Below are positions 10,841-19,286 of a stretch of DNA of 64,000 bases, in pieces. Below the pieces are notes generated by a model. That model saw only the letters and a list, made by a program, of their open reading frames with translations. It was not told the DNA's origin and ran no database searches. Source of the stretch: an uncultured Candidatus Binatia bacterium (GTDB lineage Bacteria; Desulfobacterota; Binatia; Bin18); contig OZ243961.1 of the NCBI GenBank assembly GCA_965214605.1, positions 3,424,001-3,488,000 of the forward strand. Direction: 5' to 3'. Both the position numbers and the translations under genes were made by a program. The stretch's first letter is position 1; the number at the start of each line of letters is the position of its first letter.

Positions 10841-11346
10841 TGTGAGTCCTGCTCTTCGGCCCTAATCTCTTTGGCAGAGTGAATCACTACCGGAGTGAGG
10901 GGCACGTCATCGTGCATCCCTTTGCGCCCGGTGGTCACGCCCTCAATCTGGTGCACCACGTTGAGGCCCTCGACAACTTTACCAAACACGCAATAGCCAA
11001 AGTTGGCCTGCCCCTGGTGGTTCAGAAAGGCATTGTCCTTGACGTTGATAAAGAACTGGGATGTGGCCGAATCGACCATATTGGTACGGGCCATAGCAAT
11101 GGTGCCTAGCTCGTTTTTGATCCCGTTGGTGGCTTCGTTCTTAATAGCTGGCTTGGTGCTCTTCTGCTGCATCTCCGGGGTAAAGCCGCCCCCCTGAATC
11201 ATGAAGCCGGCAATCACCCGGTGAAAAATCGTGCCGTCAAAGAACCCGTCGTTGACATAGCTCAGAAAGTTGCTGACGGTCTGGGGCGCTTCTTTTTCGT
11301 ACAACTCAATCTTGATCTCGCCCATTGAGGTTGACAGGAGTACCAC
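10837..11346 (-). CDS. ppiB: Cyclophilin-type peptidyl-prolyl isomerase, cytoplasmic
   Basis: [28 protein letters not shown] and YCVFGKV motifs; no signal peptide. Confidence 0.93.
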   Translation of the reverse strand: MVLLSTSMGEIKIELYEKEAPQTVSNFLSYVNDGFFDGTIFHRVIAGFMIQGGGFTPEMQQKSTKPAIKNEATNGIKNELGTIAMARTNMVDSATSQFFINVKDNAFLNHQGQANFGYCVFGKVVEGLNVVHQIEGVTTGRKGMHDDVPLTPVVIHSAKEIRAEEQDSQ

Positions 11347-11377
11347 AAATCCTCCTTTGTGTGTGTATGGCTAATCG

Positions 11378-11986
11378 TCAACCTGCTTGAGTTGACTCAA
11401 TGGTTGCCGATTGGATCACAATTGGCTCCAAGGGGACGTCATCATACATGCCACGGCGTCCGGTTTGGACAGCTTCGATCTTTTCAACTACATCTAAACC
11501 CTCGACAACTTTGCCAAACACGCAATAGCCAAAGTTGGCCTGCCCCTGGTGGTTCAGAAAGGCGTTGTTTTTGACGTTGATAAAGAACTGGGATGTCGCG
11601 GAATGGATGGCGTTGGTGCGTGCCATAGCGACCGTTCCCTTTTCGTTCTTGATGCCATTGTCGGCCTCGTTTCTAATCGGCCGCTTGGTCGTTTTTTGTT
11701 GCATGTCTTGGGTGAAGCCACCGCCCTGGATCATGAAGTCGGCAATCACCCGGTGAAAAATTGTACCATTGTAAAAGCCGTCGTTGATATAAGCCAGAAA
11801 GTTTTTGACCGTCTCGGGCGCTTCTTCTTCGTACAGGCCGATCTTAATATCACCCACTGAGGTTGCCAGGACGACAACCGGTCCGCTTGGCGGATCGGCT
11901 TCGGAACAGGCGGGAAAAGTGATGAGCAAAACACCGGTAAAAGCAATGATCCAGGCAGCACTCCGCATCTTCGGTTCCCCTCTCAT
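11378..11986 (-). CDS. ppiA: Cyclophilin-type peptidyl-prolyl isomerase, exported or lipoprotein
   Basis: Same cyclophilin motifs plus a hydrophobic N-terminus ending FPAC; the start may be 11968. Confidence 0.9.
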   Translation of the reverse strand: MRGEPKMRSAAWIIAFTGVLLITFPACSEADPPSGPVVVLATSVGDIKIGLYEEEAPETVKNFLAYINDGFYNGTIFHRVIADFMIQGGGFTQDMQQKTTKRPIRNEADNGIKNEKGTVAMARTNAIHSATSQFFINVKNNAFLNHQGQANFGYCVFGKVVEGLDVVEKIEAVQTGRRGMYDDVPLEPIVIQSATIESTQAG

Positions 11987-12098
11987 TTCAAGCTTGCAGT
12001 GCGCCGCTTCTTGTATCCTAGCCGCTAGAGGAAGAAAAGACCCCGGCTAGGGGGCGGGACGCTCGTTTCTCAAGGCAAAGGTTCAGACCAAGCATGCC

Positions 12099-12731
12099 CT
12101 AGAGCTGCTCCAAGTAGGCAATCACGTCGCTGGCGTGGACCACATCGCCGTATTTCGCCCCAATGTCAAACACGTTGGCCTCGTGCGGCTCTTGGGCGCG
12201 GTCGCCGATGGCTTCGATGGGGACGATCGGGCGGAAACCATGGGCGAGTGCGTCCATAACGGTTGCCCGGACACAGCCGCTGGTCGTGCAGCCGGTAACA
12301 ATCAGGGTATCGACGGCTTTCATTGTGAGCGTTGAGGCCAGATAGGTACCAAAGAAGCCCGATGCATACTTCTTGACGATGATCAGATCATGGTCCTGGC
12401 GGTCGAGACGTGGGTCGAGTTCAACCAGCTTACTGCTCACGGTCAGTAAACGCAGAGACGGCACCTTCTCTGGCCATAAACCGGCGTCGTCCTGACGGTG
12501 GGGATCATAGCCGACAACGGTAAAGATGATCGGCACGTCTTTTTTGCGGGCGGCTGTAATGAGCTGGTTTGTGGCCATCACTTCGGCGTCGAGATTGCCG
12601 GCCAAGGGCGATTGCTCCGGGGCGGTGAAACCCAGCTGAAAATCGACCACAATCAGCGCGGGTTTTTGGCCGTAGCCAAGGACATGGCCGAGTTGGGCGT
12701 GTTTGTAGATGGTGTGTTTATCTTGTGCCAT
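12099..12731 (-). CDS. Isochorismatase-family cysteine hydrolase (N-carbamoylsarcosine amidase / maleamate amidohydrolase-like)
   Basis: Catalytic triad motifs VVDFQ, KKYASGF and GCTTSGCV. Start at ATG 12731, since the longer ORF overlaps the cupin gene. Confidence 0.88.
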   Translation of the reverse strand: MAQDKHTIYKHAQLGHVLGYGQKPALIVVDFQLGFTAPEQSPLAGNLDAEVMATNQLITAARKKDVPIIFTVVGYDPHRQDDAGLWPEKVPSLRLLTVSSKLVELDPRLDRQDHDLIIVKKYASGFFGTYLASTLTMKAVDTLIVTGCTTSGCVRATVMDALAHGFRPIVPIEAIGDRAQEPHEANVFDIGAKYGDVVHASDVIAYLEQL

Positions 12732-12741
12732 AGCGTGTGCC

Positions 12742-13062
12742 TTACGGTTTTGGAGCCATGAAGACCAAGACGGTGAGGCGGTCCGGACCCAGGTTGCGGA
12801 AGCCGTGTTCAGAGCCGGACGGAGCAAGGGTGATATCACCCGGACCGATATCTTTCGTTTCGTTGTCAACCTGAACACAGCCGTTTCCCTCGAGCACATA
12901 GTAGACCTTGTCCGAACCCTCGTGGGTGTGGGGAGTTTGTTCCTGACCGGGCTCAAAACAATACACGTCGCAGAACATCCGCTCGGTGGTAAACAGGTTG
13001 ACCTTCTTCATCTTCTCGGCCGCAAACGTGACCTGGGCCGGTACGTGTTTAACATTCTCCAT
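12742..13062 (-). CDS. Cupin domain protein
   Basis: PHTH..SDKVYYVLEG and PGD....PSG.EH cupin motifs. Confidence 0.88.
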   Translation of the reverse strand: MENVKHVPAQVTFAAEKMKKVNLFTTERMFCDVYCFEPGQEQTPHTHEGSDKVYYVLEGNGCVQVDNETKDIGPGDITLAPSGSEHGFRNLGPDRLTVLVFMAPKP

Positions 13063-13079
13063 AGGATGCGCCCTTTCCC

Positions 13080-14498
13080 TTATAGGCCGCGGGGTTGGAC
13101 CACCTGCCCGACAAATTGACCGCTCGGCGCTTGGCCCACAATCTCCCCATCTTCCATGACCAAGACGCCCCGCAGAAAGGTCATCACCGGAATGCCTTTA
13201 ACCTGGCGTCCTTCCCACAGTGAGTAATCCGCTCGGGAACGCATACGGTCTACGCCGAGTACGGCTTCTTTCTCGGGATCAATGATGACGATATCGGCAT
13301 CCGCTCCGAGAGTCAGCGCGCCTTTCTTTGGGTAGACGCCGTACAGCTTGGCGGCGTTCTCGGACAAGACTTTGGCCAGTGTCACGAGATCAATCCGTCC
13401 GGTGTTTATCCCCTCGTTGAACATCAGGGGCAGCGTATCGGCTACCTGCAAATTGATGCCCACCCGGCAATCCCAGAAGTCTCCGTCCGTCTTAAACGAC
13501 GCCGAATAGGTTAGGCTATCCGTACCAACAGTGGACAGGCTGCCTTCCTGAAGACCCTGCCACAGGCGTTCTCTGTCGGTCGCAAACCGAATCGGAGGTT
13601 GGATTTTGGCTTTGCCGGCCATGCCTTTGGCATCCATCTCGGGCGCTGTGGTGTTGAGAAAACAAGCCACGGTTTCGCCAACGACATTCAAGCCCTGGCT
13701 ACGCAGCCGCTTGACCGTCTCTACTGTGTGAGCGGAGCTGATGTGAACCGGATAGAGCGGCACCCGCAGCTGGTTGGCAATCAGCCCATAGGTGTAGACC
13801 TGTACGCTTTCAGCCCAGGCCGGGCTTGACTCTGCCCAGGCGGTGAGTTGGTCGGCCCGGCCCGTCTCCCGCAGACGGTCAATCAGGATACCCCGCACAT
13901 AGGGGTCTTCGGCGTGAATCTTGGCAAACGTTGGCGGGCCGCAGCGGGCTAGCTGTTCACACGCCTGATGAAAAAATGCCGGGGTGATGCCTTCGGGGTT
14001 CATGCCGAACGCCTCGGCCTGGGAGCCGGCATAGCCGGTAAAAAATTTGTAGGACACGCTGCCTTTTTTAGCCGCGGCAGGGATGTCCGCCACTTGATTG
14101 AGAGTATTGACCACACTGGTGATCTTAAAGTCGCACCACGAGTGGCCGGTTCCGCACTGGAGGGCCTGATCGAACAGGTCCGGCAGTGGCTGTTGGCCAA
14201 TCAGGGTCGTGGTGGCGATCGTCGTTACCCCGCCGATTAGACAATCCTTCGTATCACGCAGGAAATCCTCGGTCATGGCGTCATCCCCAAAGCGGTCGGC
14301 AATACCGAAGTGGACATGTGGATCAAAGGTACCTGGGAAAATAATTTTTCCCTGCACGTCAATAGTCCGTTTTGCTTGACCTAGGCTTGAGCCTGCCCCT
14401 ACGGCGACAATCTGTTCGCCCTCAATGGCGAGTCCGCCTTGAATCACCCCGTTTGGAGTCACGACTAAGCCGTTCTTTACAACGATGTCATGCGCCAT
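13080..14498 (-). CDS. Cyclic amidohydrolase (dihydropyrimidinase/hydantoinase/allantoinase family)
   Basis: DPHVH, GGVTT, YKFF, HAED, HISS, PPIR, GTD and GADAD motifs. Confidence 0.88.
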   Translation of the reverse strand: MAHDIVVKNGLVVTPNGVIQGGLAIEGEQIVAVGAGSSLGQAKRTIDVQGKIIFPGTFDPHVHFGIADRFGDDAMTEDFLRDTKDCLIGGVTTIATTTLIGQQPLPDLFDQALQCGTGHSWCDFKITSVVNTLNQVADIPAAAKKGSVSYKFFTGYAGSQAEAFGMNPEGITPAFFHQACEQLARCGPPTFAKIHAEDPYVRGILIDRLRETGRADQLTAWAESSPAWAESVQVYTYGLIANQLRVPLYPVHISSAHTVETVKRLRSQGLNVVGETVACFLNTTAPEMDAKGMAGKAKIQPPIRFATDRERLWQGLQEGSLSTVGTDSLTYSASFKTDGDFWDCRVGINLQVADTLPLMFNEGINTGRIDLVTLAKVLSENAAKLYGVYPKKGALTLGADADIVIIDPEKEAVLGVDRMRSRADYSLWEGRQVKGIPVMTFLRGVLVMEDGEIVGQAPSGQFVGQVVQPRGL

Positions 14499-14530
14499 GT
14501 GCTTCTCCCCTTTTGCCCCTGGGCAGAATG

Positions 14531-14560
14531 ATTATCCTGCCACGCCAGGTCCGATGTCAA
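14531..14560 (-). promoter_or_regulatory. Putative sigma-70 promoter of the amidohydrolase-cupin-isochorismatase operon
   Basis: Minus strand TTGACA-N18-GATAAT, ending about 30 bp upstream of the start codon. Confidence 0.5.
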
Positions 14561-14611
14561 CAAAGTGAACGAGGATAATCATCCCATGCCGGAGACATCA
14601 TCTTGGCGGAG

Positions 14612-15343
14612 CTAATAAGTCACCTTCACCAAAAACAGCCCTTGGGGCGGAGCCGTCCGGCCCGCCCGTGTCCGATCATGGGCGGCAAATATCCGGGCGA
14701 AGTCCCTAACGCTCAGCCCGCCGCGTCCGACATCATACAGCGTGCCAACAATATTGCGGACCATGTGACGAACAAAAGAGCGCGCTTCAACATCGTACAC
14801 GAGCACCTTATCGGCGTGACGGACTGTGCTGTGCAGCACAGTCCGTACGGGATCGTACTCGACCGAATCTGCGCCCTGAAAAGACGAAAAATCGTGTCGG
14901 CCAACTAACAGGCCGGCCGCCTGGTTCATGGCGTCGACGTCGAGGGGAAACGGCACATGCCAGCTATAGCGGGTCCACACGGCCGAACGAGTGGACCGAT
15001 TCCAAATCTGGTAGCGATAGACGCGGCTCCGCGCGTCGCGACGGGGGTTGAACGTCTCGCTCGTGCTCTCAAGCTGCTTGATGGCCATGTCTGTGGGCAG
15101 CAGGGCATTGAGGCTGTGTTGGAGCCGCCAGGGGTTACGCGCCTGGCGGGTTCGAAAGACCACGACTTGGCCTAGGGCGTGCACGCCGGTGTCGGTTCGG
15201 CCGGCCGCCCGAACGCGGACAGGTTCGTTGAAGAGACGGACTAAGACGGCTTCTAGCGTGCCTTGGAGGGTCACCGCGTTGGCCTGCCGCTGCCAACCAT
15301 GATAGTTGGTGCCATCGTATTCGAGAGTGCACCTATACTGCAT
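14612..15343 (-). CDS. truA: tRNA pseudouridine(38-40) synthase
   Basis: YDGTNYHGWQ, AGRTDTGVHA, HDFSSF, MVRNIVG and TAPPQGL motifs. Confidence 0.96.
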   Translation of the reverse strand: MQYRCTLEYDGTNYHGWQRQANAVTLQGTLEAVLVRLFNEPVRVRAAGRTDTGVHALGQVVVFRTRQARNPWRLQHSLNALLPTDMAIKQLESTSETFNPRRDARSRVYRYQIWNRSTRSAVWTRYSWHVPFPLDVDAMNQAAGLLVGRHDFSSFQGADSVEYDPVRTVLHSTVRHADKVLVYDVEARSFVRHMVRNIVGTLYDVGRGGLSVRDFARIFAAHDRTRAGRTAPPQGLFLVKVTY

Positions 15344-15508
15344 GACTCACCTCATCATACTTAATTCCCCCTCAGGCTGATAGCGTCCAAACCGGCCGAG
15401 CCACTTTCCCTCAAGCCGTCTTGTCTTGTGGGATTTGCAAATTTCCGACAAAGTAGCATAGTGAGGCTGCTGCTTGAGCCGGATGCAGCGGAATAGAAGG
15501 GAGAATAT

Positions 15509-16660
15509 ATGGGCGTTTTATCCGGATATAAGGTCGTTGAGTTTGCGGGTATTGGTCCTGCTCCGATGTGCGCGATGTTGCTCTCAGACATGGGCGCTGA
15601 GGTCCTGCGGATCGACCGGGCTGAGGATGCTAGTCTAGGGATCCCAACCGACGCGAAGTTTAATCTTCTCGGGCGCGGACGTCGCTCGGTGGCACTTGAT
15701 CTGAAGAAAAAGGACGGTGTCGAGGTCGCCCTCAGACTGGTTGAGCAGGCTGATGCGCTGATCGAGGGCTTCCGGCCTGGGGTGATGGAGCGCTTAGGAC
15801 TTGGACCGGAGGTGTGTATGGCCCGTAACAAGCCTCTCGTCTACGGTCGCATGACCGGCTGGGGCCAGGAGGGGCCGCTGGCTTCTGTTGTGGGCCACGA
15901 TATCAATTACATCTCTCTGGTTGGCGCCCTGCATTCGATTGGCCGCAAGGGCGAAGCCCCGCTTCCTCCGTTGAACCTCGTTGGCGACTTTGGTGGGGGT
16001 GGGGTGTATCTTGCCCTTGGCGTGGTCGGGGCGCTCTTGGAAGCCCACAAGTCGGGGAAAGGTCAGGTTATTGATGTAGCCATGATTGACGGCGCAGCGT
16101 CGTTGATGACGGCGATTTTCGGACTCCGAGCGGCCGGTCGTTGGACCGACGAGCGGGGGGATAACATCCTTGATACCGGGGCTCACTATTACAATGTTTA
16201 CGAAACCAGTGATGGGAAATACATCGGCATCGGGTCGATAGAATCGAAGTTCTACGCTGAACTCCTGCGGTTGACCGGTCTTGAGGGGCAGGAGTTGCCG
16301 CGCCAAAATGATAAGGCAGCCTGGCCGGCCTTCAAAGACCGCCTGGTGGCCATCTTCAAGAGCAAGACGCGGGACGAGTGGGACCAGATCCTGGAGGGCA
16401 GCGACGTGTGTTACGCGCCTGTCCTGAGTATGGAAGAAGCCCCGAATCATCCCCATAACAAGGCGCGAGGGACTTTTGTGGAGATTGACGGAGTTCCGCA
16501 ACCCGCCCCGGCTCCGCGTTTTAGCCGCACGCCCAGTGCCATACAGCGGCCGCCTGCCAGCCCTGGCGAACATACCGAGGAAGCCTTAATTGATTGGGGT
16601 TTTGAGAGCGCGGATCTTGAACGGCTGCGCAACAGCGGCGCGCTCGGAGTCCGCGGTTAA
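15509..16660 (+). CDS. CaiB/BaiF family CoA-transferase (alpha-methylacyl-CoA racemase-like)
   Basis: FAGIGPAP, EGFRPGVMERLGLGP, GHDINY, NLVGDFGGG and PAPAPRFSRT motifs. Confidence 0.92.
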   Translation: MGVLSGYKVVEFAGIGPAPMCAMLLSDMGAEVLRIDRAEDASLGIPTDAKFNLLGRGRRSVALDLKKKDGVEVALRLVEQADALIEGFRPGVMERLGLGPEVCMARNKPLVYGRMTGWGQEGPLASVVGHDINYISLVGALHSIGRKGEAPLPPLNLVGDFGGGGVYLALGVVGALLEAHKSGKGQVIDVAMIDGAASLMTAIFGLRAAGRWTDERGDNILDTGAHYYNVYETSDGKYIGIGSIESKFYAELLRLTGLEGQELPRQNDKAAWPAFKDRLVAIFKSKTRDEWDQILEGSDVCYAPVLSMEEAPNHPHNKARGTFVEIDGVPQPAPAPRFSRTPSAIQRPPASPGEHTEEALIDWGFESADLERLRNSGALGVRG

Positions 16661-16742
16661 CGCCGTGCGGGGCGGCCTCAAGATACAAGGGGGACACTCG
16701 CCACGCAAAAAGAGAACACGCAAAGATAGACCCAACGACCCG

Positions 16743-18884
16743 ATGTTCGGATCGATGCTCGGACCAAAGCGCCTCGCTCTGCACTGTCTGTGCTGTGTTA
16801 TCGTGCTGGTGTGGACGGCAGATATAAGCTACGGCCACGACACAACCGACCCCCAAACAGCCGCGCAGGTCCTCGCCGATTCACCCTACCAGATGCCTCT
16901 TCTGACTGTCACCGAGCGCCGTTCGGTCAGCGCGGCTACCGAAAACAGGGTGCGCGAAAAAGACTTTGCCGTCCGGCCGCATAATACGGCCTCGGAAATG
17001 CTGAACAATCTGCCCGGATTTGTGGCCGGTCAGCACGCCGGGGGGGGCAAAGCCATGCAATACTTCTTGCGCGGTTTCGATAATGATCACGGTACTGACG
17101 TGGCGATTAGCGTTGACGGCCTGCCCGTCAATATGGTCAGTCATGCCCACGGTCAGGGCTATGCGGACCTCAATTTTTTGATCCCCGAGGTGGTGGAGTC
17201 TATTGATTACCGTAAGGGACCATATTTTGCGGACTCTGGGAATTTTGCCAACTCGGGTTCGGTCAACTTTATTACCAGAGAGGATACTGCTCAAAACTCG
17301 CTCCGCGCCGTCGGCGGGTCTTTTAACACCATGCGCTATGTCGGTATCCTGTCGCCTCGTCTTGGTCCGGCACAAAGCTTGATCGCCAACGAGATCTTCT
17401 TCACTGATGGGCCGTTCAAGCGTAGCGAGAATTTCGTCAAATATAATCTCTTTGGCAAGGTTACCCTCGAGCCGACCCCAAGCTCGAAGCTGAGTCTGTG
17501 GACCTCGTTGTATACTGGAGATTGGGACGCCTCGGGCCAGATTCCACTCCGAGAGGTCAGGAGTGGTCGGCTCGATCGCTTTGGTTCGCTCGACCAAACC
17601 GAGGGCGGGCGCTCTGACCGGGAAAACGTCAATGTCCTCTACACGGCAGCCCCCAATCCTGAGGAACGCTGGGCTGTCCAACTGTACTTCAGCCGCTACC
17701 ATCTTTGCCTGTTCTCCAACTTTACTTTTTTCAGCGGTGACCCGGTGCGGGGCGACGGCATTGAACAACTCGATAGCCGCGTCCTCTTTGGTGGCCAGGC
17801 GCATTATCATCGGGGGTGGACGCTCGGTACTCTTTTTCTTGAGAGTACCGTTGGTTTTGAGACGCGCAACGATAATGTCGATGTCGGTTTATTTCGACAG
17901 CAGCGCCGACACCGGTTTTTTACTACCCAGAAAGTCGAGGTCTGGGAGAATGCCTTGAGCGGCTACACCCAGCACGAGCTGTTTGTACGCGAGTGGCTGC
18001 GGTTCATCGTTGGCCTGCGCGGCGACTTCTTTCTCTTTGATGTTGATGACCGGTCTCCCCATGGAGCGACAGACGCCCCGCGGCTCCAGGGCAATACGAC
18101 CGACGGTATTGTCAGTCCAAAGGCCAGTCTGATTGTGTCACCCTTCACCCCCCCTTCGAGCCTCTGGCACCAGACCGACTTCTTTCTCAATTTTGGTATG
18201 GGCTATCATTCCAACGATGCTCGGGATGCGGTCGAGGCGAAAGGAAATGGGCTTGCCCGCTCAACCGGCGGAGAAATCGGGACCCGCACGAATCTGTATA
18301 ATCGGGTTGAGCTGGCCTCCTCGCTGTGGTGGCTCGACCTGGGCAGCGAGCTGATTTTTGTGGGTGATGAGGGGACGACAGCACGGCGCGGTCCCACGCG
18401 CCGATGGGGCGTTGATATTGAGATACGGGTCGAAGCGTTACCCTGGTTGCTGTTTGACTATGACCTGACCTATACCGATCCCCGTTTTCGCGTGACGGGC
18501 ACGGCGATTCCCCTAGCGCCAACTCTGCTGATGAACGGGGGGGTGATGGCCTACCCGGTTGAGCATTTCTCTGCCGCTCTACGGGTGCGCTTCCTTGACG
18601 ACCGGGCCGCCAATGAGAGCCGCAGCATGGTTGCGCGGGGATACACCCTCATTAATCTGCTCTTGCGCTACCGGTGGCGCGACATTGAGGTGTCTTTCGA
18701 TGTGCTCAATCTCGCCAACACTGATTGGCGAGAGACGCAGTTTGCAACGGCGTCCTGTCTCAGACACGAAGTCGGCAGAGACAGCCGATGTCCTCGAAAC
18801 GGGGGCGGACCGGGGATTGTGGATATGAACGTGGTATCAGGCTACGGCATCAATATCCGCAGTGGGGTGACGGTGTTTTTCTAG
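16743..18884 (+). CDS. TonB-dependent outer membrane receptor
   Basis: Plug motifs QHAGGGKA.QYFLRG and VNMVSHAHGQGY, amphipathic beta strands, C-terminal Phe. Start uncertain (16743 or 16755). Confidence 0.9.
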   Translation: MFGSMLGPKRLALHCLCCVIVLVWTADISYGHDTTDPQTAAQVLADSPYQMPLLTVTERRSVSAATENRVREKDFAVRPHNTASEMLNNLPGFVAGQHAGGGKAMQYFLRGFDNDHGTDVAISVDGLPVNMVSHAHGQGYADLNFLIPEVVESIDYRKGPYFADSGNFANSGSVNFITREDTAQNSLRAVGGSFNTMRYVGILSPRLGPAQSLIANEIFFTDGPFKRSENFVKYNLFGKVTLEPTPSSKLSLWTSLYTGDWDASGQIPLREVRSGRLDRFGSLDQTEGGRSDRENVNVLYTAAPNPEERWAVQLYFSRYHLCLFSNFTFFSGDPVRGDGIEQLDSRVLFGGQAHYHRGWTLGTLFLESTVGFETRNDNVDVGLFRQQRRHRFFTTQKVEVWENALSGYTQHELFVREWLRFIVGLRGDFFLFDVDDRSPHGATDAPRLQGNTTDGIVSPKASLIVSPFTPPSSLWHQTDFFLNFGMGYHSNDARDAVEAKGNGLARSTGGEIGTRTNLYNRVELASSLWWLDLGSELIFVGDEGTTARRGPTRRWGVDIEIRVEALPWLLFDYDLTYTDPRFRVTGTAIPLAPTLLMNGGVMAYPVEHFSAALRVRFLDDRAANESRSMVARGYTLINLLLRYRWRDIEVSFDVLNLANTDWRETQFATASCLRHEVGRDSRCPRNGGGPGIVDMNVVSGYGINIRSGVTVFF

Positions 18885-19068
18885 GTGAGTCCTTGAGAGC
18901 CCCTGAGCGTCTCGTCCCCTTTTTGTGTCCGGGGGCCTATACTGCCAATCGTGCCAACTCCTTAAGCGACGCGTCCAAGCCTGTCGCGGGCTGTAACGGC
19001 ATCCACTCGTAGAGGCCATATGGGATTGACACACAGAAACTCTGTCGGCTAATACATTCTGCGACTGG

Positions 19069-19152
<84 letters not shown>

Positions 19153-19161
19153 TATTATATG

Positions 19162-19195
19162 GGGCCACTCTCGGATCGAGGCAGGCCCTTTTTTT
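19162..19195 (+). terminator. Putative intrinsic terminator after tRNA-Leu
   Basis: GGGCC/GGCCC stem with inner CTCG/CGAG pairing, followed by T7. Confidence 0.6.
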
Positions 19196-19212
19196 GTCTA
19201 TTTTGTCTATAC

Positions 19213-19243
19213 TGAAGGGAGGCGATGTACGCGTCGCCCTTCA
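19213..19243. repeat. REP-like palindrome, copy 1
   Basis: TGAAGGGAGGCGA-TGTACGCG-TCGCCCTTCA; shares GTACGCGTCGCCC with the reverse complement of the 25032-25055 hairpin. Confidence 0.5.
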
Positions 19244-19286
19244 TCAGAGGTGAAACACCTGACCCGCTTCCCCGAGGAGGCTCGGC

